A stretch of 60,880 bases of DNA, filler included, from Porpidia crustulata (taxonomy: Eukaryota), in NCBI GenBank assembly GCA_964255105.1. It is 3 parts of 3 records of this genome, joined end to end, with 100 filler letters (N's around TTAATTAATTAA, not from the genome) between each part and the next. Parts side by side here need not be neighbours in the genome. Positions count along the whole stretch, not along the records: positions 40,671 to 60,880 come from CAXUWE010000123.1; 2 more parts are not named here. The stretch is one strand, 5' to 3'. A program made the position numbers and the translations under genes. Positions 50,289-60,880 of the stretch are shown in pieces. The notes below the pieces were generated by a model, which did not search any database, was not told the origin of the DNA, and saw only the letters and a program-made list of their open reading frames with translations. How positions within the stretch are numbered: position 1 is the first letter of the stretch; each line of letters starts with the position of its first letter.

Positions 50289-51369
50289 GCTTTGGTGCTG
50301 ACCTCGAGTCCTCGTAGGCCAAAGACTTTAGCCAGGTCAGCGAGCCCTTCTTCCCCGTGGCCAGCTAGACAAAGCTTTAAGGTTGCATGTGATCAACACC
50401 CTTGAAATTTGGGTAGATATCAAAGGGAGTTTCCGATGGTATAGAGCGCTTTGGACGTGACACTGTTATGGCATGTGCGGAAAAGAGATACCTTGTTGCT
50501 GACCATCCGATATATAGCGAGCAATTCTTCGAGCATGGAGCAAGCTGTCCCATGTAGACTCGGAAGGTTGTTGAAGTGGGGCACAATTGTCAAATCAAGA
50601 CATGAGTGGCATTAAAAGCACCTGACGTTCCCAACATATCTTATCTGTGGACCAAACTACCATGGATATACCTAGTCGGCATTCTGTAGTGGTGATTGGC
50701 TATCAAGCAAGCACTACGCGAGTATACGCAAGATTTCAAGGTGATGGGAGGCTTTTGCTTTTGCTACGGTTCGGCGATGTGATACAACATCCTTCTCTGT
50801 ATCTAGTTTGTAGTATTCTGCTCGTATCAAAATTTTAGGTACAGGTGTATCTCATTCTTGAAGGTACTTCCGAAGAGATTTGAGACAAGGGTATGCAAAG
50901 CGTGATCCTTTCGGGAAGCGAAGATCAAGCCCACGCCTGATACTTGAGGGATTCGGTATCAAGGTGGAGTGTATCAAGGTTGGATCTTGACTTATTCGAG
51001 CGCCGTGAAGAGTCAGATGATGATTGTTACTGTTGGCTGGAGAGATTCAGGTCTGGAGGAAGCGGCTTTCGAGCAAGAAGTTCGGCAGAAGACTTCGGGG
51101 AACTATGGGGTCATCAGGGTAGCCGAGCATCATAAGGTCATGAAGTGATCGTTCGTGAGAAGATAGATCCACCCAAAGAGTGTGGAGAAAGGAGCGAGAA
51201 GCGTACTTTTAGTAGAAGGATAAAGATGCCTTGGAACATGGTTGTGGCACGGATCGGAAGCCATTGGAAAGCCAGAGAAGCCATATTTTCTGACTGGGTG
51301 GTAGATGCCAGAAATATTTGTGAAGAGGCTGTAATGGAGGAATAGCATATGGAGAACGACAATTTATTG

Positions 51370-52615
51370 CTAGTCCTGAGGTTGTTGGCTTCGTCGCATC
51401 TTTTCAGCTTCGAGATTCTCGTAGAGTAGGTAGAGGGCCTTTTCATTCGCACCGGCACTCCCCATAATTGTGAACATCCGTTCTCCAGTTTCGTCATGAG
51501 GTGCCTTAGCAATGGAGATACGAGCTCCGGAGCTCTTCCTGATCTCGCTTATCTTGCTGCCGCCACGACCGATAATACATCCAACCATGTCGGATGGAAT
51601 ACTGATGTTTTGGGTTTGGATTTCTTCACCATCATCCGTGACTGTAGGAGGGCCACGAGTCGCAGCGTCCGAGTTTGAACGGCGATTATACGGACCCCCT
51701 GCATTATCGCTGAAGTCTGCGCCGTTGCCGGTGCGATTATAAGATCGATTCGATTGATAAGGAGGTGGTGCACCCATTGGAGCATTCAATGAACCACCTC
51801 GACCAACTTCAGCCCGTACGGCGGGGTTGTACAGCACTGTACCGGTTCCGCGCTGCCAGTCATCCACGAGGCATTTACCAATTTCCCAAGTGGCTTTCTG
51901 GATACCATCAGGCGTGCCTTGTACTTCAACGATCCGCTCGGTGGATTGCGGAAGCATCTCTTTCTGAGCTACCATGCGAACTCCGGACACGTCCTGGATA
52001 TGCTTTATTTTCAAGCCTTGCCGACCAATAATTGTACCCATCTGATTGTGAGAGATGAGAAGTCGGACAGCTATCGTATCCATGGTTAGCGATCGTCGAT
52101 AGGGCTTGAACCACATATTTGGAAATTACAGCAGCTGATAGATGGTACAGCAACGCTTTGCATAGAAGAAGTCGGAGGAGCTTGAAAAGAAACTTACGAT
52201 GTGTGCCATTCGTAGAGATGACGCCTCCCATGCCCATCTGAGGGGCACCTTCGAGTAAACCCTTCGCAACAATAGCGTAAGCTTTGGAGATCCCCTCCAA
52301 TTCACCGGTTACAGTGAGCACTCGATCATGAACACCTTGAACAACCTTGCTAACGCCAGCTTTAACACCAGTCTCGTCTCGTAGATCAGCTACATTCTTC
52401 CCTGCCTTACCAATGATAACCCCAGCTTCCTTAGACGACACGATAGCACGGAGTGTCAGTTGGGATTTTGCGTACTCCTCATCGGTCCGAGGGGCAGGCT
52501 CGCCGTCAGGTCCTACACGATTATCTTCTGCAGTATCATTGTTCAAATTGACACGGCCCATAGAGTCGTTCAATCCAGAAAGGTCTGTCTCGGTTCTTGT
52601 CTCTGTGGTCGTCAT
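51370..52615 (-). CDS. rnc1: Triple KH-domain RNA-binding protein (Rnc1/Hek2/PCBP-like), 2 exons
   Basis: Three GxxG loops: GVIIGKAGKN, GTIIGRQGLK, GCIIGRGGSK. Confidence 0.9.
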
Positions 52616-53585
52616 CTTGGAAGATTATTATACGCCAGATGTGCAATCTTGGATTGGGGTTGTCGACTTTTCGGGATTGCCACAGTACGAAATTTGCCTG
52701 CAAGAAATGTAGAACTTCGGAGTGAATTATTTCAAGCAGTCGATGATGATGAGGTCAGTCTGTTGAGTTCCATTAACTAAATTAGAATGAAGCAAGGTTT
52801 GTCAAACCAAAGATGTGGATTTTGAGTGCTACTTACGTTAGGTAGAAATCACAGCTCGCGAAAGCTGCTGAGAACGCGTGAAGTGAGGCAACACAAGGAA
52901 GCTAGAGAGACTGGAGACTGAGAGGTATTCACGGGAGGAATAATTGAGACGTGTCGAATTATAATCCGAGACTTGGTAAAACTCGTTCTGCTATCTAAGT
53001 GTAGAAAAAGTACGCTGCGAGGAAAACGCTAAAGAGCTTCCCCTCGGGCGAAAGTGTCACTCATGCACGCTACCTTGTCAGTCACAAAACCTTCAGTCTT
53101 TTCACCACTGCAAATATCCACCCATATGTGATCTACCTACAGTAATTACTTTATACCTTACGTGCTTACCTAGATACCTTCGCCTTCCTCACCTAATCGC
53201 TTATGTGGTCAACATAATTGTCACTGTTTCCTAGCCCACTTCATCTTCCTCAGAACTTATCTGCTAGATATCACGTTTACAAATATTTGTATCGGCAAAG
53301 GAGTGACTTGAAGATCCCTTCTTAGGCACTGATGCACTATGATGAGAATTTATAACAAATAGATGAAATTTTACAGCTAACTTGCTTCACTTATTCATGG
53401 AGTATCCATGGCAAGACATTAGATTGCCAAGCAGTCACTTTCTCGTCATTGTCACGGTCCCTCTAATCTGTTGAATATCTCCAGATGGCTTACATGTACA
53501 TTCTTCATATGCATTTTCTGTCTATATGTACAGAGACGACGTGAAAGTGTCCCTTTTTGCACGCTGTTATTGCCTTCTCAATTCC

Positions 53586-55305
53586 TTACCTTTGTGCCTC
53601 AAATACCACTGCTAGATATTAGCTCGAGATTTTGAGGCAGAGAATGCGTGTTCTGACCTTTCTGCACTTTCATCTTATCGAAAAGTTCATAGCCTTCCAC
53701 TGCTTCTGACAGGGGCATGATCTTGTCCGCCATGAATCTATGTTTCACCATCAGTCACCCAGTATCGCGAAGTGTTGTACCAATTTCACCAGTTGTCCAT
53801 ACCCAAGAAGATGTTGCTTCTTTTGAAGCATCTCCAAAGCTTGCGGGAAGATGGATCGGACCGGGCATCTCCCCATCTGGATTCTGAGATTTTTACCGTA
53901 CGCTTGGTTTCCCGACCTAATTTGGTATTAGGAACGAATAGAGTGAATGGCCGTTCGCCAGGAGGACTACCATGGAATCTGTCAACAGTGAGTGATGGGG
54001 AGGAGATTCTGGATGGAAGCTGCCACCTACCTCCGCGTTGTGCACCCCGACGCTCGATATAACCCCTACAACAGTGAATCAACATACTATATGCAATACT
54101 CGCAGTGAAAGTCCGCGAACCCCATGGCCGAAGCAGCTCAAAGCCCATCTTCAGGGCTGGGGTGAGACCCACGACCTCTGTTCAAAGACATCGCGTCAGT
54201 CGAGGCTCTATCGAGTCATACGGAGACGATAATCTGACCAATTACTACATCTGCGCCTCGACCGCCGGTGAGCTCTTTGATGCGCTTGTCTAAACCCTCT
54301 CGATTGGTCTGGAAGTTCCACGGTTCAGCGCCTAAAGATTTTGCCAGATCCAAGCGCGACTGGACCGAGTCGACAGCAAGCAGATGCTTTGGCTTATAGT
54401 TCTCTGCGTTTATAAGTGCACACAGCCCGACGGGCCTGGAAGATATGAGTACAGAACACCTCCGTCAGAAATCTGCACTAAATCATACCCGCACCCAATT
54501 ACAACCACAGTGGCATCTGTAATTCTTTCCTTTGTCATCTCTTTGAAACCGTTATGTGCAGCAAAATAGCCAGTTGGAAATATATCAGCCATAAGGACCA
54601 GTGCCTTGTCATCGATTTCGGCCGGGGCCTTCACCACAGTTCCATCTGCCAATGGTATGCGGACCTCAAAGCCAATCAGCTTGGATACGACAAGCACAAT
54701 TTTTCCTTACGCGCACATATTCAGCTTGAGCCCCGTCCAAACCCGCCGTACCGAATAGCTGAACATTTTCGCATCGCGACGAGTAGCCATTCTTACAATA
54801 ATAGCATTCCAAACTACTAATTATCAGCGCACTTGAACCGACTACAATTCCATCCATGTACTAACCAAGACACGGTAAATGGAGAAACGATCTGATCCCC
54901 TTTTTTAAAATTCTTTACGTCGGATCCAGCTTCCTCAACTGTGCCAGTAAACTCGTGGCCCTGGACCAGGTTGGTTTCTCAAGAACTTGCAGGAATACCG
55001 GATCATAATACCATGATGAACTCTGTTGGACTTGGTTGATGACCCTGGGGTTTTGTAAGGCTCATGATCAAAGGCCGATTTGGTCAAATATACTCTGAAA
55101 ACATGCAATTCACTGGCAAGAATCGGGTCATCAACAGACACAGCTATCCACTGAAAGCTCGGAAACCTTACCTGCCACACAACGCCGAGTATATGACCTT
55201 GACAATAATATCTGCAGGGTCCTTGATCTTGGGGATTGGGCGCTCCTCAAGAGCCACCTTGTACGGGCCCTTGAAAATGACTGCTTGCATGGTTTCTTTT
55301 GCCAT
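53586..55305 (-). CDS. Zn-dependent medium-chain alcohol/aldehyde dehydrogenase (~13 exons)
   Basis: ALCG|SELH, GHEFTG, CLECYYC..SRC structural Zn site, DGAQAEY|VRIPLAD, MADIFPTG, IGCG|PSGL; ends KVQK|VVFEAQR*. Confidence 0.88.
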
Positions 55306-55812
55306 TGCAGCCTCAGCAAATATTGATTTCTGCTCGATGTCTATCTGCAATCGTGATGCGTTGGAAGATAACTCAAAGGAACGATTTCACAGGCACATAA
55401 ATATCGTCGTACCTTATAGAGACCGTCGGCTAGAACGTTGATCGATGTGGATGCCCCGCAATATCGCTACCCCGCCATTTCTCCTTCCCCTTGCCTTAGG
55501 GAAATTGGAAAGAAGTTTCGACAGATGAGATTTCCGTATTTTACTAGCATTGGCTTGCACATGGAGGGTGGAACTTAGCATCGTTTAGAGGCCTTGGTAC
55601 GCTTCAAGTCACTTAACAATACTAGGGTTTGTTAGTATTTGCATCAATCTCCCAAAGCTCGCCAGATATGCAGTATGCCTTTCCATCAAATTCCCTCCTT
55701 CAACGCCAGACATGAAATGATTGAAAACACTTGAATGTCTCGCTGCCACCTCCGTAGTTCTCATAACCATCTCCCATGGTCCTTGTGGCCTATGAAATTC
55801 CAGCTCTGCTCC

Positions 55813-56245
55813 TCAGTAAACTGTGCATAACAGCTCCGCCTCCAAAATATACTTCCCTTCCTTGTACTTCTCCGAGGTCTCAAACGCCTTGTCGTACTTC
55901 CATCCCACCGTCTCTGTGCACTGCCTGCAGATTATGTCCCTCACTACATGGCGTCCTGTGGTCATATTTCGCTCAACGGCTTCCGCTTGTGTGATATTGA
56001 CGACGGCGTCAAACAGATAGGCTTTGCCATGTTGGCCGCGGAAATTCTGAGCGAAGTATCGGAGTTAGCAATGGGACTTGGGATCATGAGGGATCGGGCT
56101 CAAGGAAAGGAATACTAAAGCACCGGTGGGGAAAGAGGGGACGGACTCGACTGATAATGGCGTCATGACTCGCGAGATGGGTCTTGCAGTGCTTGCAGCC
56201 AAATATCTTATCGGAATTTAGGTAGATGTTGTAGGCGAGCCCCAT
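55813..56245 (-). CDS. MOH1: Yippee/Moh1 family zinc-binding protein (2 exons)
   Basis: MGLAYNIYL..GCKHCKTHL..ISR|NFRGQHGKAYLF..MTTGRHVVRDIICRQC..GWKYDKAFE.SEKYKEGKYILE. Confidence 0.92.
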
Positions 56246-56949
56246 CCTCGTAGCTTGACGCCCCAACGCGTCCGAAGGCAGTTGGTCTGCGGTCGAATTT
56301 ATCGTTCTCTCCCCCTTCAGCCCGAACACGATTGGGCCACTTGTGCGCTGCCTATTGCCCCAAGAACCTCGAAGGACAGCTTAAAGCTTTGGCTGGCAAA
56401 AGCTTGCCTCCTTGTGTAATATGGGTTCTCAGAAAGTATAGATTCTGCTTTTGGTTTCGGTGTTTATCCTGCGTTAGTTCTCTGAGAACAAGCTGAGAAG
56501 CGCTGTAGAGAATCGATGATCTCCTTCTTCCAAGGGCTGTCTTGTCTTTCCGCGGCACCCGTGGCGGAAGCAGACTGCTCTGAGGGCTTTGCTTTGATAG
56601 ATCTCTTATGATGTTCCTCAGCGTCCTCCGTAGAATGAGTTTATGTTAGGAGGAACCTGAAGAACCAACGGCGAAAATGTCTTGTTTACTTTCTGGAGGG
56701 TGTTGTAAGGTGTCAGGTGGAGATCAAGTGGGGCAGTTGAGGACTGATGAGATCTGGAGGGATCGTTGTGCAACGTCTTATGCCTCATTGTGCAGACGGG
56801 ACCCTGCATATCACTGCACAAGGCTGATGGTCATGCTTGCATAAATTCATGTCCACTACTACTTACCTGCCTGACGTCCTCGTGGGATGAGATAGGTATT
56901 ATGCCTTGTGACTACTTCAATACAAAGTGCATACAGTGTTTGCTAATGG

Positions 56950-58269
56950 CTATTGCCGCTGCCGGACCGAAGATTCGTGCCGTTCCCAGAAGATTCGGCA
57001 GTCAATGTGACCCCAATGATCGGTCCACCATTCTCCAAAGCTGTCTTCCACGTTCAGATCAACTCTTTCGAGCCTTTCATCCCTCTTCAATCCGCACAGG
57101 ATGCACGGTTTGTACGCTGTCAGAGCCCCTTCACCAACTTTTCCCAATCGGATATGCATGTTCTCAGATATGTCAGGAATCCAAAGAGCAGCTCCTTGTA
57201 TCTCGTTGTTCGCCTGAGTGATAGCAGCCCTAAGACGTCCTAGCTGCTTCCGCCAGATGCCCAGAGCTTCTGCAGCTTCTCGATCTTCTCTAAGGCTCTC
57301 TGCTTTATCAAGACCAGTAAGCTTCATACCACCAGTCTTGCCCGAATTGGCTGGCCCGATCTTCATGCTTTGTGAAAGATGCGTATCCCGCTTCCACCGA
57401 AGTTTGCGACCTGCAAGAACACGCGCAGCTGCTCTCACCATGGATAGAAGCACGTGTAATTGATCGACTTTGGATTCATTTGGTAGAAGTGAGGTGACAT
57501 TTTTAAGTAAAACAAGGTTCTTGATGTTTACTGATAGAGATTGGAACATGGTTGCAATGGGAAGTAATAGAATAGATGGCGGAGGAATATCGGATGGAAT
57601 CAAAACGAGATGATCACCCTTGACTAGACTCGATGGCTTCGTTGATTCTGTATCAGTACTTTCTGTAAACGAGGCTGCAGTCTCCTCACAGGGCATAAGA
57701 GAGTTGCTTGAGCACTTCGAAGACCTCTCAGACTGCTGGTTGGAGATGTTAGTTTGCGCATCAGTAATGTCTCCCTGAGCTTCCCACTCATCGACTGCTG
57801 ATGGAATGGGGTGCACGACAAAATCATCCCAGTCTTCGAGACCTTCGGAGTCAGAGATTTTGTCGGTCGTAATAGCTACTCCTGGTGATCGAGAATGAGC
57901 AATCTCCTCAGAAGTTGCTTCATCTTCAGTATGTCTCTCAGAGATTGATGGCGGTTCCCGAAGAGCTGCAGAACCTTCAAATCCTTGTTGTAGCGATGAT
58001 CCTATGTGGGTGAAGGATCCGTCACTTAAACCTGTCAATTTGCCTAGACCTGTATTACCTAACGATAAAGGATCATCCTTCGTGTTTTCCGGTTTACCTA
58101 AAATAGACTCGTCCGCCGAAACTTCATTATTAGGGAGTTCAAAGTCTCCAAAGTCGTCAGTATCAATACCTTCAGGGTCTGTTGGCTTCCAATCGAAAGT
58201 ATTGGTCCATGGATCGTCGTGTTGGTCCTGATCTTGAGGTCCAAATTCCTTCAGCAAGTCTAGAGACAT
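56950..58269 (-). CDS. Hypothetical protein with acidic N-terminus and C-terminal Cys/His cluster
   Basis: 439-aa single ORF; DDFGDFE and WDDF motifs; RVLAGRKLRWKRD..GGMKL; CILC..HWGHIDC. Confidence 0.75.
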   Translation of the reverse strand: MSLDLLKEFGPQDQDQHDDPWTNTFDWKPTDPEGIDTDDFGDFELPNNEVSADESILGKPENTKDDPLSLGNTGLGKLTGLSDGSFTHIGSSLQQGFEGSAALREPPSISERHTEDEATSEEIAHSRSPGVAITTDKISDSEGLEDWDDFVVHPIPSAVDEWEAQGDITDAQTNISNQQSERSSKCSSNSLMPCEETAASFTESTDTESTKPSSLVKGDHLVLIPSDIPPPSILLLPIATMFQSLSVNIKNLVLLKNVTSLLPNESKVDQLHVLLSMVRAAARVLAGRKLRWKRDTHLSQSMKIGPANSGKTGGMKLTGLDKAESLREDREAAEALGIWRKQLGRLRAAITQANNEIQGAALWIPDISENMHIRLGKVGEGALTAYKPCILCGLKRDERLERVDLNVEDSFGEWWTDHWGHIDCRIFWERHESSVRQRQ

Positions 58270-58668
58270 AGCTAGAAAAAACTTCCAACCTTTGCAGAAG
58301 CGTAAATGACGCAGGATCTAAGTGCTAAGGATAGTCATTGAGACAGTCTTCAAGCAAAGTGCCCATACTCTCCAAATTTCATCGAGGAAGTACATTGTAA
58401 GGGCCGACTAGCTACATCAAGGTTCATTTGAAAGATCCTTGATATTACTTGCCCTGTCCTTTAGCTCATGGTGAAGACTGAGGATTTCTCCAAATTTATT
58501 GGATAGTGTATTTTATTGATGAACCAAAGATCTGTAACTTATCCTAACGTAAGTAGCGAGTCTAGTGTTATCGTATGATACAATGTGACAATCTAGTGTG
58601 GCGCGTTATGACGATGTTCAACGGCTGGCTTTCAACGACCTGAGAGATATCGCGTTGCATAATTAGCT

Positions 58669-60880
58669 ATGAGGTCTCTCCATGAGACTATGTAAGTTTG
58701 CAGTATCCCTAGAAATGTATGATAAGTCTAATATACGCCATAGTGTTCGATGGAGAGCAACTTTCACAGGAAATACCAATCTTTCAGATCTGAGAAACAA
58801 TGTCAAGGACCCTACAAGCCAGAACCCGTGCACAAGTGGATTGAGGTCAATATGCTGGAAGGTAGGGCTAGATCCAGCTTTGTTGCACATAAGACTGAGG
58901 CAATCGATAAGGCATTCCTTCTCTTCGAGAACCTCGATCAGTCCACATGGACAAAGACACTGCAAGATTCTCGAAGCGCCTGCACGTCCTTACGAGAACA
59001 TTTTCTGAGGCACATTGAGCATCCTGATGATCTGTCAGAAATGGATCCGTTGACGGAGGACAGAATGGTAAGTGGATCTATCCTCTGAGGCATTATCGCC
59101 GACAGCGAAACCGTCGAAGCAGCCGTCTGACCTTTCACTAAGTCCTTGCAAGTCTCCTTGGCACACGCTCCGTCACGATGAGGAATTGCGAGCCGAAATC
59201 TTTCAAGATGTTGAGCGATGCATGCCCGAGAATCTATACTTTCGCGAACCCTCCACGCAGTCTATGCTACTCGACATACTATTCATCTATTGTAAGCTCA
59301 ACCGGGATATTGGGTATCGGCAGGGCATGCACGAGGTTCTTGCACCTATTCTCTGGGTTGTCGCAAGAGACGCCATCGATCCTACCAACGTTATGATTGA
59401 CCCAGGGGACCAAACCGTTCCAGACAGCTTAATTCTTGCAAGTTTCGATCACCGATACATTGAGCATGATGCTTTTACTCTCTTCGGTATTGTTATGCAG
59501 ACTGTCAAGTCGTTCTATGAGATAGGCACTACAGAGCAGGCAGGGACTGCAATAACTCCGAACAATTCTCCAATAATTCAGCGAAGCAAACGCATACATG
59601 AAGAGTACCTCTATCGGGTCGACCCAGAGCTTGCACATCATCTTGCTGCTATCGAGATTCTGCCACAAATATTCTTGATCAGATGGATACGGCTTCTCTT
59701 CGGGCGCGAATTTCCTTTCGAAGAAGTTCTTTCTTTATGGGATATTCTGTTCGCGGAGGATCCAGCGCTTGATCTGGTAGATCTTATATGCGTTAGCATG
59801 CTACTGCGTATCCGATGGCTACGTAAGAGTCTTTATAGAGTCTCTTCACCAATCACTAATGATATGGTACAGTTCTCGAAGCCGATTACTCCGAAGCTCT
59901 AACCCTCCTTCTTCGATATCCCGTACCCTCAATGCCGCATGGGCCCCCAAGTTTCGTCATAGATGCACTGTACCTCGGCCAAAGTCTATCAGGGGATACT
60001 GGTGCTGAGATCATACTCAAATATTCACAGAAGTCTCCAATACCTCCATCAGAAGTTTTCTCGCACTCCAAGACACAAAATAAGAAAAAGCTCGCGCTCG
60101 GGAAGCAACATTGGTCGAATAGATCAACATCACCCCGTATGTCGCCTTTGAAATTTCTACAGGACCAAGGTGGTATCGAAGGGATGATCCAAGAAGCCGC
60201 CAAAGGTGTCTACAGCCGCGGTGAGAAATGGGGTGTGGGAAAAGCCTTCCGTGACGCGGTTCAGGTCCTTCAATCTGGCGACGATAGTCCCCGAAGACTA
60301 GTCAATGGAGCACGATGGTCACTGGACGACGGGACGAATGTTCCCAGCAATCTAGCCACGATAAGTGAAAAGATCCAGGTACTGGAGCAGCGTAATAAAT
60401 CATTAGCGAAGCTACTGGAGACGGCTATGGCCGAGCTTTGGGCTCAGCAGAACGAGTTCGCAAAAGATAAAGCAGACGCCGCAGCGGACGCAATCAGTAT
60501 TGCTATTGCAAAGGTACAATTTGTGCAGGTATACCTTGAAAACCCAGGCATGCCCATTCCGAATGACAATGCTATAAGTCAAGACACTGCACATGATAAG
60601 GATGGGGTTCTATCAGCCGCTATGCCAGAGGTTAAAATTGAAGAACCAATAGAAGACATTGAGAAACCGCTACCGCCTCCACCTGACGCGAAGAAATCTC
60701 GCCCAAAGATGAAACTGAAACAAAGTGGAACGGATGGAAGCTCGGACACCCCAACAACAACGCCGGCCAAAATTCCCAAAGAGCCTTCCACAACTGTACC
60801 GGACAACATGGATACCCCAAACCCGACGCCACAACCTCACCCCCCATCCGTTGTCACCATCCACCAACCCCGACCCACCC
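58669..60880 (+). CDS. GYP6: TBC-domain Rab GTPase-activating protein (Gyp6/TBC1D5-like); runs off window end
   Basis: GLRSICWK|AFLLF, IFQDVERC (R finger), YRQGMHEVLAP (Q finger), IRWIRLLFGREF. Confidence 0.88.

Overview
Intron-rich filamentous ascomycete (Pezizomycotina-type) genomic DNA. It consists of three contigs joined by 100-nt N gaps, each containing an artificial TTAATTAATTAA linker (20244-20343, 40571-40670), so adjacency across the gaps is unproven. Contig 1 has three ordinary genes: an Asg1-like Zn2Cys6 TF, a Bor1-like anion transporter and an MBOAT acyltransferase. An accessory zone follows. It holds a stop-riddled SNF2-family ATPase gene bracketed by diverged ~200-bp inverted repeats (a candidate helicase-carrying mobile element), a multi-exon secreted HExxH metalloprotease invisible in the ORF track, and a divergent secreted Cys-rich protein. 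Contig 2 has a decayed Tc1/mariner element with a nested insertion and a dense array of MITE-like foldback elements. These precede a compact polyketide cluster: Zn2Cys6 regulator, FSH1/LovG-type hydrolase, HR-PKS with an apparently dead ER, cytochrome b5 and an anchor-less P450. This gene content resembles the asperlin/octatrienoic-acid type of cluster. Contig 3 is core genome: Pmp1/Msg5-like MAPK phosphatase, PAS kinase, Rnc1-like KH protein, Zn-dependent dehydrogenase, Yippee, an unknown protein and a TBC Rab-GAP. All calls come from reading motifs by eye; no searches were run.
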